Below, one piece after another: positions 40,425 to 52,692 of a stretch of 64,000 nucleotides of DNA (positions within the stretch are counted from its first letter, which is position 1; every line of letters starts with the position of its first letter). Origin of the DNA: Eledone cirrhosa (taxonomy: Eukaryota); contig OZ024764.1 in NCBI GenBank assembly GCA_964016885.1, forward strand, positions 3,038,001-3,102,000, read 5' to 3'. The position numbers and the translations under genes are program-made. The notes beneath the pieces were generated by a model that was not told where the DNA came from, searched no databases, and was given only the letters and a program-made list of their open reading frames with translations.

Positions 40425-40583
40425 GTGTGGCAAGTACCGGCCAGTGAGTCGGTGAAGCTGAACGCACGAGACCAAGTTGTCTCCCCTGTGAGGGTGGCAT
40501 CTGTGTTTGCTGATAAATCGAAAGAGACTGAGAAGGATGATCTGGATGATGGCACATTCAACATCTTGGACAAGAATAGAGAG
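40425..40583 (+). CDS. PBRM1: Polybromo-1 exon: VWQVPASESVKL...VRVASVFADK...DKNRE
   Basis: W..P...RVASVFA inter-BAH motif; tccag/gtgagt; phase 0-0. Confidence 0.93.
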
Positions 40584-40698
40584 GTGAGTGAGGGTTGCAG
40601 TGGGGGAGTGAGTGAGTGAGTGAGGGTTGCATACCTACATAAATGTAGGTATGCACATGTACACACACACACACACACACACATATATACATATATAT

Positions 40699-41031
40699 GG
40701 AGGCACATGGCTTAGTGGTTAGAGCATTGGCCTTGCAATCGAAAGGTTGTGAATTCAATTCTCAGACCGGGTGATGTGTTGTTTCCTTGAGCAAGACACT
40801 TTATTTCACATTGCTCCAGTTTACTCAGCTGTAGAAATGAGATGATAGGGACTGGGGTCCCTATCATTCCACTGCAAAGTGGTCGTGGAGGTGCCACAAC
40901 AAAAAAGCACCCAGCACTCACTGTAAATGAGGTTGGTGTTAGGAAGGGCATCCAGCTGTAGAAATCAAGCCAGAATCAGTTCCCGTCCCACCCTTGCAAG
41001 CAGGGAAAAGCAGATGTAAAATGATGATGAT
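40699..41031 (+). mobile_element. SINE family A
   Basis: Full-length copy. Confidence 0.85.
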
Positions 41032-41047
41032 ATATATATATATATGT

Positions 41048-41080
<33 letters not shown>

Positions 41081-41301
41081 CGTATGGGTTATATCGAACA
41101 TTAATAATAATGTTTGATTCGTTTGTAAACAAACGGCCTTATTAGAAGCTGTGCTGGTGACCGATCGTCACCTGTGTGTTCAACACTGGCTTTGGGGAAC
41201 AATCAACATGTTTCTGGGCCATTACCCTTCACCAGGACCTCTGCCAGTCTGTTGAACAGTTACTATATATTTTCACCCATTCAACAGAGTGTCAGAGGTA
41301 T

Positions 41302-41344
41302 ACAGTCCTGATGAAGAGTAATGACCAAGAAACATGTTGATTGT
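41302..41344 (+). ncRNA. Degenerate hammerhead (inverted partner at about 41198-41242 on - strand)
   Basis: ACAGUC-CUGAUGA-AGAGUAAUGACCAA-GAAAC-AU-GUU-GAUUGU. The partner keeps stem II GGGU/GCCC but has CUGGUGA. Confidence 0.55.
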
Positions 41345-41405
41345 TTACAAACGAATCAAACATTATTTTAATATTCGATATAACCCATACGTACATATGC
41401 ATATA

Positions 41406-41714
41406 TCATCATCATCATTTTACGTCCGCTTTTCCCTGCTTGCAAGGGTGGGATGGCAACTGATTCTGGCTTGATTTCTACAGCTGGATGCCCTTCCTAA
41501 CACCAACCTCATTTACAGTGAGTGCTGGATGCTTTTTTGCCGTGGCACCTCCACGACCACTTTGCAGTGGAATGATAGGGACCTCAGTCCTATCATCTCA
41601 TTTCTACAGCTGAGTAAACTGGAGCAATGTGAAATAAAGTGTCTTGCTCAAGGAAACAACACATCACCCGGTCTGAGAATTGAACTCACAACCTTTCGAT
41701 CGCAAGCCCAATGC
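41406..41714 (-). mobile_element. SINE family A (5' clipped)
   Basis: Reverse copy. Confidence 0.85.
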
Positions 41715-42035
41715 TGTACTAACCCATGCTAGTGTGGAAGAACGGACGTAAAACGATGATGATGATGATGAGATATATATATATATATATATATATCATC
41801 ATCATCACCATCGTTTAACGTCCATCTTTCACGCTAGCATGGGTTTGGACGGGAATTGTCCCACTTGAGGCAAGATTGGTTGTCTGGCGGGTTTTCTACG
41901 GCTGGATGCCCTTCCTAACACCAACCGCGTTTACAGTGTGGACTGGGAGGTTTTTACTGTGTTACCTACACGGCCACATTACAGCGTGAACTTTGTGTTT
42001 TTTTTGTGTCGTTGCACCTACACGACCTCATTTAT

Positions 42036-42117
<82 letters not shown>

Positions 42118-42120
<3 letters not shown>

Positions 42121-42454
42121 CATGGCTCTGAACATTGATCAGTATACACTGAGGATGAAAAACTCAAAGCTGTCTGGGAGCATCCCAAAAGTCATCTCAA
42201 AAGTGACACAGAGGAGACTGAGGTTGGCTGGACATGCTCACCGACATCCAGGGTTGACATTGCACTCAGTGCTCCTTTGGGAGCCCCTACATGGACACAC
42301 TAGAAGAGGAAGACCAAGGTTAACGTATGTTGATGCCCTAAGGACAGACACTGGTCTGTTGGAGATGCAGGACATGGCAGCGATAATGAGGGACAGAGAC
42401 CGCTGGAGAGAACTCGTCCATGGATCTCGGGAATTTTACCCGCCTTAGAATAGA

Positions 42455-42456
<2 letters not shown>
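42118..42456 (+). mobile_element. LINE 3' end (RTE-like)
   Basis: RRLRLAGHAHRH...LLWEP.HG..RRGRP...D.L..DTG...DR.RWR. Confidence 0.82.
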
Positions 42457-42485
<29 letters not shown>

Positions 42486-42850
42486 TACAAATTTTAGTAC
42501 AGCATTAACGAAGCCTTAGTTTGCGGACAAGCTAACGAATGCAAATTCGGTCTGTAGCTTTAGCACTCGAATGGGAATAGTACCCCAGAGTAAGAGCAAT
42601 ACGTTTAGACAGCTTAGCAAATCAAATATAGTGATCGGCAGTCCAGCCGCATTACCACAGCAACGAGAATGGTTGGACTCAGGAAAAGATTTTAGACTGA
42701 CCTGGACATAATGGTGGGGCCAAATGCAACATATAATGCATATCGTATAGCATACGATATACATCACATACAGCACACAACATCAGCGCTAGGTTTCTGC
42801 AAATCCAAGATCGACAAATTCGGCTTGCAGGGTTCTGCAAGTTAATGGTT

Positions 42851-43298
42851 TCATCATCATCATCATCATCATCATTTCATTTTACGTCTGCTTTTTCCCT
42901 GCTTGCAAGGGTGGGACAGGAATTGATTCTGGCTTGATTTCTACAGCTGGATGCCCTTCCTAACACCAACCTCATTTACAGTGAGGGCTGGGTGCTTTTT
43001 TGCCGTGGCACCTCCACGACCACTTTACAGTGAGTGCTGGGTGCTTTTTTGCTGTGGCACCTCCACGACCACTTTACAGTGAGTGCTGGGTGCTTTTTTG
43101 CCGTGGCACCTCCACGACCACTCTGCAGTGGAATGATAGGGACCCCAGTCCCTATCATCTCATTTCTACAGCTGAGTAAACTGGAGCAATGTGAAATAAA
43201 GTGTCTTGCTCAAGGAAACAACACATCACCCGGTCTGAGAATTGAACTCACAACCTTTCGATTGCAAGGCCAATGCTCTAACCACTAAGCCATGTGCC
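42851..43298 (-). mobile_element. SINE family A with 3 internal units
   Basis: Reverse copy. Confidence 0.85.
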
Positions 43299-43519
43299 AT
43301 ATATATATACAAATGGAGGTTCAGTAGAATCGAAGCTGTGGCTGCAGCTAAGCTAACGAATGCAATCGGGATGTGCAGCTAAGCACTCAATAAGGTATTT
43401 TACCTTAAACATTACGTTTAGACAGCTTTGCAAATTGATGGGACCAAAGCAACGAGAAAACCAACTCAGGATAATTTGTACGCACATATATATATATATA
43501 TGTGTGTGTGTGTGTACTA

Positions 43520-45505
43520 TAAACTAAATATATGTGTGTGTTCTCTATACTAAATGTGTGTGTGTGTTCTTTATACTAAATGTGTGTGTGTGTGTACTCT
43601 ATAGTAAATATATGTGTACTGTATAGTATATGTGCGTGTGTGTACTCTAGTAAATATATGTGCGTGTACTCTAAACGAAATATATGTGTACTCTATAGTA
43701 AATATATGTGTACTCTATACTAAATATATGTGTACTCTATACTAAATATATGTGTACTCAATACTAAATATATCTGCGTACTCTATAGTAAATGTGTGTA
43801 CTATTTAGTAAATATGTGTACTCTACAGTAAATATATGTGTACTCTACAGTAAATATGTGTACTCTACAGTAAATATATGTGTACTCTATAGTAAATATA
43901 TGTGTACTCTACAGTAAATATATGTGTACTCTATAGTAAATATATGTGTACTCTACAGTAAATATATGTACTCTATAGTAAATATATGTGTACTCTACAG
44001 TAAATATATGTGCACTCTACAGTAAATATGTGTACTCTACAGTAAATATATGTGCACTCTACAGTAAATATATGTGTACTCTACAGTAAATATATGTGTA
44101 CTCTACAGTAAATATATGTGTACTCTATAGTAAATATATGTGTACTCTATAGTAAATATGTGTGTACTCTACAGTAAATATGTGTGTACTCTACAGTAAA
44201 TATATGTGTACTCTATAGTAAATATATGTGTACTCTATAGTAAATATATGTGTACTCTACAGTAAATATATGTGTACTCTACAGTAAATATATGTGCACT
44301 CTACAGTAAATATGTGTACTCTACAGTAAATATATGTGCACTCTACAGTAAATATATGTGTACTCTACAGTAAATATATGTGTACTCTATAGTAAATATA
44401 TGTGTACTCTACAGTAAATATGTGTGTACTCTACAGTAAATATATGTGTACTCTATAGTAAATATGTGTACTCTATAGTAAATATATGTGTACTCTACAG
44501 TAAATATATGTGTACTCTACAGTAAATATATGTGTACTCTACAGTAAATATATGTGTACTCTATAGTAAATATATGTGTACTCTACAGTAAATATATGTA
44601 CTCTATAGTAAATATATGTGTACTCTATAGTAAATATGTGTACTCTACAGTAAATATATATGTACTCTATAGTAAATATATGTGTACTCTACAGTAAATA
44701 TATGTACTCTATAGTAAATATGGGTGTACTTTATAGTAAATATATGTGTACTCTACAGTAAATATATGTACTCTACAGTAAATATATGTACTCTACAGTA
44801 AATATATGTGCACTCTACAGTAAATATATGTGTACTCTACAGTAAATATATGTACTCTACAGTAAATATATGTGTACTCTACAGTAAATATATGTGTACT
44901 CTACAGTAAATATATGTGCACTCTACAGTAAATATATGTGCACTCTACAGTAAATATGTGCACTCTACAGTAAATATATGTGCACTCTACAGTAAATATA
45001 TGTGTACTCTACAGTAAATATATGTGTACTCTATAGTAAATATGTGTACTCTACAGTAAATATGTGTGTACTCTACAGTAAATATGTGTGTACTCTACAG
45101 TAAATATATGTGTACTCTATAGTAAATATATGTGTACTCTACAGTAAATATATGTGTACTCTACAGTAAATATATGTGTACTCTACAGTAAATATATGTG
45201 TACTCTATAGTAAATATATGTGTACTCTACAGTAAATATATGTACTCTATAGTAAATATATGTGTACTCTATAGTAAATATGTGTACTCTACAGTAAATA
45301 TATATGTACTCTATAGTAAATATATGTGTACTCTACAGTAAATATATGTACTCTATAGTAAATATGGGTGTACTTTATAGTAAATATATGTGTACTCTAC
45401 AGTAAATATATGTGTACTCTTTAGTAAATATGGGTGTACTCTATAGTAAATATATGTGTACTCTATAGTAAATACATGGGTGTACTCTATAGTAAATATA
45501 TGTGT
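43520..45505. repeat. 22-bp (20/22) satellite, about 2 kb
   Basis: tatatgtgtactctacagtaaa. Confidence 0.97.
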
Positions 45506-45519
45506 CCCTATCTGTGTAG

Positions 45520-45607
45520 AACGTGGAACTAGAGGTGTACGGCCCAGAATATGCCGGAAGTATTTATTATGAACAATACAACACACCAACTGGTTGTTAT
45601 AAACTGG
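45520..45607 (+). CDS. PBRM1: Polybromo-1 exon: NVELEVYGPEYAGSIYYEQYNTPTGCYKL(G)
   Basis: tgtag/gtgagt; ends in phase 1; leads into the BAH2 GD.V motif. Confidence 0.9.
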
Positions 45608-46094
45608 GTGAGTTAACTTCTCTTGACTCTTCACTCTGCTTCTTGTCTATCACACACCATACCTCTCTCTACCACCACACCACTATACCACCACCACCAC
45701 ACACCATTACCACCACTACAACACATCTCTATACCATCACACCACTACACTACCACCACCACCTCTATAGCACCACACCACCACCACACCTCTTATACCA
45801 TCATCACACCACCACCACCACACCTCTTATACCACCATCACACCACACCTCTATACCACCACCACCACCACATCTCTATACCACCACCACACCATCACCA
45901 CACCACACCACACCACCACCACCACATCTCTATACCACCATCACACCACCACCACCACCTTTATACCACCACACCACCACACTTATACCACCACCACACC
46001 TCTTATACCACCACCACACCTCTATACCACCATCACACCACCACCACCACAACCTCACCATATTAACCCTCTGTCCTCCATCTCTACCCTCCAG

Positions 46095-46170
46095 GCGACT
46101 GTGTCCATATAAAGTCCACAGAAGAAAAACCCTTCATTGCTCGCATCGACAAAATATGGGTGACTGCAGG
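46095..46170 (+). CDS. PBRM1: Polybromo-1 exon, BAH2: (G)DCVHIKSTEEKPFIARIDKIWVTA(G)
   Basis: GDCV.I...P.IARIDKIW; tccag/gtaagt; phase 1-2. Confidence 0.94.
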
Positions 46171-46627
46171 GTAAGTGTTCACTTCCTTTTATTGCTACTT
46201 AGCCTTTCTTATATATATATATATATATATATACATATATATATTAATAAGAGGAATTCCAACTTTGTCTGATTTACTCGTTTTATTTACAATCCTTTAA
46301 AATTTATAATGGTATTATAATGAAATAGTATGATAGAATATTACATTTTAAGTGTTAATTGAACAAGTACTTTCATGCTTTCGCAATCTTCAGGTTCATA
46401 ATATGTGGTGACAGTTAAGTTTGCAATTTTCATATAAATGAAGTTAATATGCCCAAGGGTACTAAGTACCCCTAGAAATACATAGGTTGTCTATGATTCA
46501 AGGTTGTTCAATGGTATTAATTTGACATACCAGAACTATAATATTAAGATAAGCAGAACAAGCAAAATTCAACCAATTTTTTAAAATAAATTAAAAAATA
46601 TAATTTAAATATTTACCTATCCTTATG

Positions 46628-46709
46628 GCCCTTACTGATCAGTTTCGCTTTGTAAAACACCAGAAATCCAATGGATTTCTAATGGAAAATCAAAGTTCAT
46701 CAGAGAAGC
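46628..46709 (-). ncRNA. Type-I hammerhead ribozyme with long stem II
   Basis: Reverse strand: UUCU-CUGAUGA-ACUUUG...AGAAAUCC.AUU.GGAUUUCU...CAAAGC-GAAAC-UGAUCA-GUA-AGGG. Confidence 0.72.
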
Positions 46710-47259
46710 ATTTTCCTTTCCTAGGGCTAAAGACCCAGGAACGATAAAATATATCGCCTTCCGCCAGCTAACACGGATCTAATGAGGTCGAAATAGTGAC
46801 CCGTATGTGAACCAGTTTGAAGTAAAAGCGGGAAAACCATAGACGTGCTGTCTATATTACTACTAAAAAAATAGCAGCTAAATAGAACAACAGATTTGTT
46901 CTCTACATAACGGAGAATAATAAATGTAGTTAATATGCTCAAGGGTACTAAGTACCCCTAGAAACACATGCACCTGTTGGTTTTCACTTCAATTTATTAT
47001 AAATTTCCGGTTGGTTGGTTGGTTGGATAACTGGGAGGTTGTTTATATATTGTGAAAGTTCTTTTGTCACACATTCTTTGACCTCAGTGACTAGGTTTTT
47101 ATTTTGTGAGTTCACAGAATGTGTGATGAAAGAGCTTTAACAATATATAAACAATCTTCTGATTATCGAACCAACCAGAAACTTATAATAAATCGAAGTG
47201 AAAACCAACAGCTGCATGTGTTTTTATTGGCAGCATGACCCCTCAGAGTATAATATATA

Positions 47260-48260
47260 CTGCGTACGAAAGGCCGGTTATATGATGCCTGTGTTAGGAG
47301 CGCGATGCTGCATGGTAGTGAGACATGTGCAGCAACTGCAGAGGATATGCGACGGCTGGAGAGAAATGAGGCAAGCATGCTCCGTTGGATGTGCAGTGTA
47401 AATGTGCGTGAACGACCCAGCATAAATGAGAGAGAAACTGTGTCTGAGAGGGATAGAATGTAGTGTATGGGAGAGGAGACTGAGGTGGTATGGACATGTG
47501 ATGTGTTGAGAGAGAAACTGTGTCTGAGAGGGATAGAATGTAGTGTACAGGACAGGAGACTGAGGTGGTATGGACATGTGATGTGTTGAGAGAGAAACTG
47601 TGTCTGAGAGGGATAGAATGTAGTGTGTGAGAGAGGAGACTGCGGTGGTATGGACATGTGATGTGTTGAGAGAGAAACTGTGTCTGAGAGGGATAGAATG
47701 TAGTGTACGGGACAGGAGACTGAGGTGGTATGGACATGTGATGTGTTGAGAGAGAAACTGTGTCTGAGAGGGATAGAATGTAGTGTACGGGACAGGAGAC
47801 TGAGGTGGTATGGACATGTGATGTGCTGAGAGGGATAGAATGTGGTGTACGGGAGAGGAGACTGAGGTGGTATGGACATGTGATGTGTTGAGAGAGAAAC
47901 TGTGTCTGAGAGGGATAGAATGTAGTGTACGGGAGAGGAGACTGAGGTGGTATGGACATGTGATGTGTTGAGAGAGAAACTGTGTACGGGAGAGGAGACT
48001 GCGGTGGTATGGACATGTGATGCGCATGGAGGATGACCGATGGGTGAAGAAGTGCCAGGAAATGCCAGTTGAAGGAAGACGTGGTAGAGGTAGACCACAA
48101 AAAACATGGGCGGAGGTGGTGAGAACAGACTTCAGATCGCTGAAGCTCACGGTGGAGATGACGGAGGACCGTGACAAGTGGAGAGATGGTGTGCTGAATA
48201 GGACCCGTCCCACCCTTGCAAGCAGGGAAAAGCGAATGTAAAATGATGATGATGATGATG
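47260..48260 (+). mobile_element. RTE 3' fragment with internal 80-bp tandem expansion
   Basis: KGRLYDACVR.AMLHGSET...MLRWMC, then about 7 x 80-bp units, then MRMEDDRWVKK...GRPQKTW and tail. Confidence 0.88.
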
Positions 48261-48375
48261 ATATATATATATATATATATAAAATGGCTGACTGTATACT
48301 CTTGTGTTTTTCTATTTCATCCTTTATTTCTCCTATCATCTGAAACATTGACTTTTCCTAATTTTTCTTTGACAG

Positions 48376-48548
48376 GGGAAATATTTTCTTCTACGGTCCT
48401 CTATTTGTACGTCCATCTGATGTGGAGCACTCTCCAACTAGAATGTTCTACTGTCGTGAAGTATTCTACAGCTGCAAGGAAACCTCCTTTCCTGCCATGA
48501 CCGTCCTCGGAAGATGTGCTGTCCTTCATATTAAGGACTACTGCTCAT
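48376..48548 (+). CDS. PBRM1: Polybromo-1 exon, BAH2: GNIFFYGPLFVRPSDVEHSPTRMFYCREVF...GRCAVLHIKDYCS
   Basis: FYGP.F..P...EH.PT.MFY..EVF; gacag/gtaaat; phase 2-1. Confidence 0.95.
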
Positions 48549-48917
48549 GTAAATACCACCCACCCACCCACCCAACCACCCACGCAACCTACTACCCTAC
48601 CATCCAACCAACCATCCAACTTACCTACCACCCTACCATCCAACCACACAACCACCCAACCAACCACCCTACCATCCAACCAACAACCCTGCCACCCAAC
48701 CAACCACCCAATCAAACAACATACTTTGCAACATATAGTTACGACCCTTTATGTTCTGAGTTCAAATCCTACTAAGTTTAGCTTTGCCTTTCATCCTGAC
48801 AGGGCCGAGAAAAAATAGAGTCCCAGTAATGCACTGGGGTCGATTTAATTGACTGCCCCTTCCCCCCGAAATTGTGGGCCTTGTGCCTTAATCAGAAACC
48901 ACAATTTTTAAGGGGCA

Positions 48918-49265
48918 ATTTGAAAACAATTCCTTAACATCAGTATGAGTGGCCAGTGACAGCTGGTTTGAACAGAACAATGTGAGAGAATTCTGGCCAA
49001 ATATCGTTGGTTTAAATGCTAAAGGGTTATGTATTTACCCCAATGTACCCAAACCTCAAATTTAAGTGTACCTACCCTAATACACCCACATCAAACTTAA
49101 CCCTTTAGCATTTACGTTACTCTATATATACTATTGTATTTTCACAGTAAAGGCTTTACCTCACATAATATCTCACAAAATATCAAAACTATGAGATTTT
49201 GATGTTATGTATTTTGAGAACAATACCTTACCATCAGTATGAGTGGCCAGTTATGGCCAGTTTAA
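48918..49265 (+). mobile_element. Two partial copies of the TTAA MITE
   Basis: A 3' end at 48918-49028 and a single-unit copy starting TTAACCCTTTAGCATTTA at 49097. Confidence 0.65.
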
Positions 49266-49380
49266 TCAAATTCCTGGCCTTGCCCATAGTAGAAATCATT
49301 ATATGTAAATATTAACCTGTTCCCTGATTTTCTTCTTCTTTTTCTTCTGTTTCTCTCTTGTTCGGTACTGTCCACAACAG

Positions 49381-49478
49381 ACCGTATTACAGAAGTAGCA
49401 GAACAAAACGTGTACATATGTGAATCTAAATACCTTGAAACTGAACGCAGCATACGAAAATTGGCTAAGGGCCTTAAG
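49381..49478 (+). CDS. PBRM1: Polybromo-1 exon, end of BAH2: (Y)RITEVAEQNVYICESKYLETERSIRKLAKGLK
   Basis: R.TE..E..VYICES.Y; aacag/gtatat; phase 1-0. Confidence 0.94.
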
Positions 49479-49644
49479 GTATATCTAAAAGTTAGATCGG
49501 TTTAAGTATTATCTCCCCTTTTATTTATATTTTGTTTGTTTACTTTTTCATTTTTGTTTTATATATTTGTTTTTTTTGTATTTTCATTTACTTTTTAAAA
49601 TATATTTTTTTAATTTTAATATATTTTCAATGTGTCTAAAATTT

Positions 49645-50545
49645 AGTATCAGCAATGAAAACACTGGTAGAAACATTGTTTCCTTGGTCTGATCTGATGA
49701 TCAGCTCTTTTCTTCTGCCAGGAGTTGTGACTGACAGATAGTATCAGTAATGGAAAGACCAATGGAGACATTGTTTCCTTGGTCTGATCTGATGATCAGC
49801 TCCTTTCTTCTGTCAGGAGTTGTGACTAACAGATAGTATCAGTAATGGAAAGACCAATGGAGACATTGTTTCCTTGGTCTGATCTGATGATCAGCTCCTT
49901 TCTTCTGTCAGGAGTTGTGACTGACAGATAGTATCAGTAATGGAAAGACCAATGGAGACATTGTTTCCTTGGTCTGATCTGATGATCAGCTCTTTTCTTC
50001 TGTCAGGAGTTGTGACTGACAGATAGTATCAGTAATGGAAAGACCAATGGAGACATTGTTTCCTTGGTCTGATCTGATGATCAGCTCCTTTCTTCTGTCA
50101 GGAGTTGTGACTAACAGATAGTATCAGTAATGGAAAGACCAATGGAGACATTGTTTCCTTGGTCTGATCTGATGATCAGCTCCTTTCTTCTGCCAGGAGT
50201 TGTGACTGACAGATAGTATCAGTAATGGAAAGACCAATGGAGACATTGTTTCCTTGGTCTGATCTGTTGATCAGCTCTTTTCTTCTGCCAGGAGTTGTGA
50301 CCAACAGATAGTATCAGTAATGGAAAGACCAATGGAAACATTGTTTCCTTGGTCTGATCTGATGATCAGCTCCTTTCTTCTGCCAGGAGTTGTGACTGAC
50401 AGATAGTATCAGTAATGGAAAGACCAATGGAAACATTGTTTCCTTGGTCTGATCTGTTGATCAGCTCCTTTCTTCTGCCAGGAGTTGTGACTGACAGATA
50501 GTATCAGTAATGGGAAGACCAATGGAAACGTTGTTTCCTTGGACC
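49645..50545. repeat. 9 x 95-bp satellite derived from a SINE tail
   Basis: Period 95; matches the reverse complement of about 5005-5088. Confidence 0.92.
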
Positions 50546-51175
50546 TGTCAGACAATTGGTTCGGAACCCATTATTTATTTTTTTTGTTTCCTCTTGTTTC
50601 TTTTAACGTTTTACTTGTTCCAGTCATGAGACTAGCCATACTGGGGCAGTACTTATTTCATCAATCTTAATTTTTTTTTTCTTGCCGTACCATTAATGTA
50701 TATGTATATATGTGTGTATATATATATATGTACATATGAATATACCTGTGTGTGTGTATATATATAAACGTTTGTAGTTGTAAGGCCAAAATAATGCAGG
50801 TATGGTTATAGAATATAAATGCAAATGCAAAAGATATTGTTGACAAGTAGTCTTTTACCTTAAATTTATTTAAATATCTTTAATTTTCGAGATAATATCT
50901 CTTCTTCGGAGGGAAGTAAAGTGGTTAATCCAGCGTTCTAAATAGCTTACCAAGCTATTTAGAACGCTGGATTAACAACTTTACCTCCCTGCGAAGAAGA
51001 GATATTATCTCGAAAATTAAGGATATTTAAATAAATTTAAAGTAAAAGACTAATAGTCAACAATATCTTTTGCATTTGCATTTATATTCTATAACCATAC
51101 CTGCATTGTTTTGGCCTTACAACTACAAACGTTTATACCTCATTACACAATGCTTCAAGTGAACTATAACTTCCT

Positions 51176-51229
<54 letters not shown>

Positions 51230-51301
51230 TGAATAATATATATATATATAAGAGTGAATAATAACATGGTTGACAGTACAAAATAAGGATATTTATTTAC
51301 G

Positions 51302-51406
51302 GTCTTACAATTGTTTCAATGATAGAAATGTCTATAAATTGCTAAATACTGGAGAAAGTATAACTCAATTTACAATACATCTAAATTCAATCATTTCATC
51401 AGAGAC
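51302..51406 (-). ncRNA. Type-I hammerhead ribozyme with long stem II insert
   Basis: Reverse strand: GUCU-CUGAUGA-AAUGAU...AUCAUU-GAAAC-AAUU-GUA-AGAC. Confidence 0.78.
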
Positions 51407-51767
51407 AAATAAGAAATATAAAATATATGCGTAACAGTAAACTTGAAAATTCAAATTACTACATCAATAATATTATTAGTGATAAATAAATAAATAAATA
51501 AATAAAGGAAGGGGAACAGATGGAAATGAGAGAGAAAGAAAGAAAATGACGAAAGAAGGAACGAAGATATAGTTAAATATATAACCGGCAAAATTTACGA
51601 ACATCAAAATAAATAAATATAATATTAATAATAATAAAGATGTATACAGAAGAGAGATGAAGGGATATAGCATAGGAAGAGAGGAAGGATAAGTAAGGAA
51701 GATGAGAAAGAAATAGAGGAAACTTAAGAGGGATGAGGAAGCGGAGGGGGATAGAAATTAATCATGA

Positions 51768-51806
<39 letters not shown>

Positions 51807-51934
51807 AAAGTTCTATTTAAATTGTTGGGATACAACAAGCAAATATTTTTATAACTGATATAAAGCACTCAACAAATAATTGGAGTAAAAATACAATATT
51901 AACAAATGGAAACTATATTTATAAAACCATATTT

Positions 51935-51997
51935 ATTTCATTATACATATTTCAAGGACACCAAGTTAAATTATGGTGTGCTTTCATCAGATAAAAT
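51935..51997 (-). ncRNA. Minimal type-I hammerhead ribozyme (paralogue of 40259-40321)
   Basis: Reverse strand: AUUUUAU-CUGAUGA-AAGCACACCA...UGGUGUCCUU-GAAAU-AUGU-AUA-AUGAAAU. Confidence 0.75.
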
Positions 51998-52612
51998 ATA
52001 ATATAGAGCAGTTTTATAAATAAATATTGACATACCCTTAAAGAATGCAACCATTACTGTACATACATATATATATATAAACGTTGAACATATATACATG
52101 CCTATTTATTTGTTGTTGTTTTTAAATGTATACCCAATTACACCTCTCAAAGGCAATGACACACGACCGTGACCTCTGGCGTCACGCAGTAATACAGAGT
52201 ACCCGACCTCCCATGTGTATAAGCTGAAGCATATAGACAATATGCCCCCACACCCCCCACCGCAAGGCGGTCGTGGAGGTGCCACGGCAAAAAAGCACCC
52301 AGCCCACACTGTAAAGTGGACGTGTAGGCGCCACGGCAAAAAGGCACCCAGCACTCACTGTAAATGAGGTTGGTGTTAGGAAGGGCATCCAGCTGTAGAA
52401 ATCAAGCCAAATCAGTTCCTGTATGAGCAAAGCATGGTCAGCCGACCAGACACTGCCCACAACAGGACAACCCGTCTAACCCATGCTAGCGTGGAAGAAT
52501 GGACGTAAAACGGTGATGATGATGATGATATATATATACACATATATATGAGCGGAACAAGCAAACATTAAACAATCTTTTAAATAAATTAAAATATGAT
52601 TTAAATTCTAGT

Positions 52613-52692
52613 GCTATGACCGACGGTTTCGCTTATCAAAAGATTGGAAGTTCAGAGAATTTCCAATGGAAAGATATAGCTCTTCAGATAGC
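52613..52692 (-). ncRNA. Canonical type-I hammerhead ribozyme
   Basis: Reverse strand: GCUAU-CUGAAGA-GCU...AUUGGAA...UUCCAAU...AGC-GAAACC.GUC.GGUC-AUAGC. Full core, G10.1:C11.1 pair, GUC cleavage triplet. Confidence 0.85.

Noticed and set aside
50880-51020. Hammerhead in the 50764-51136 fold-back
   Set aside because: CCGAAGA...GAGAU.AUU.AUCUC-GAAA is suggestive, but stem III has no loop and stem II is out of register; not counted as intact.
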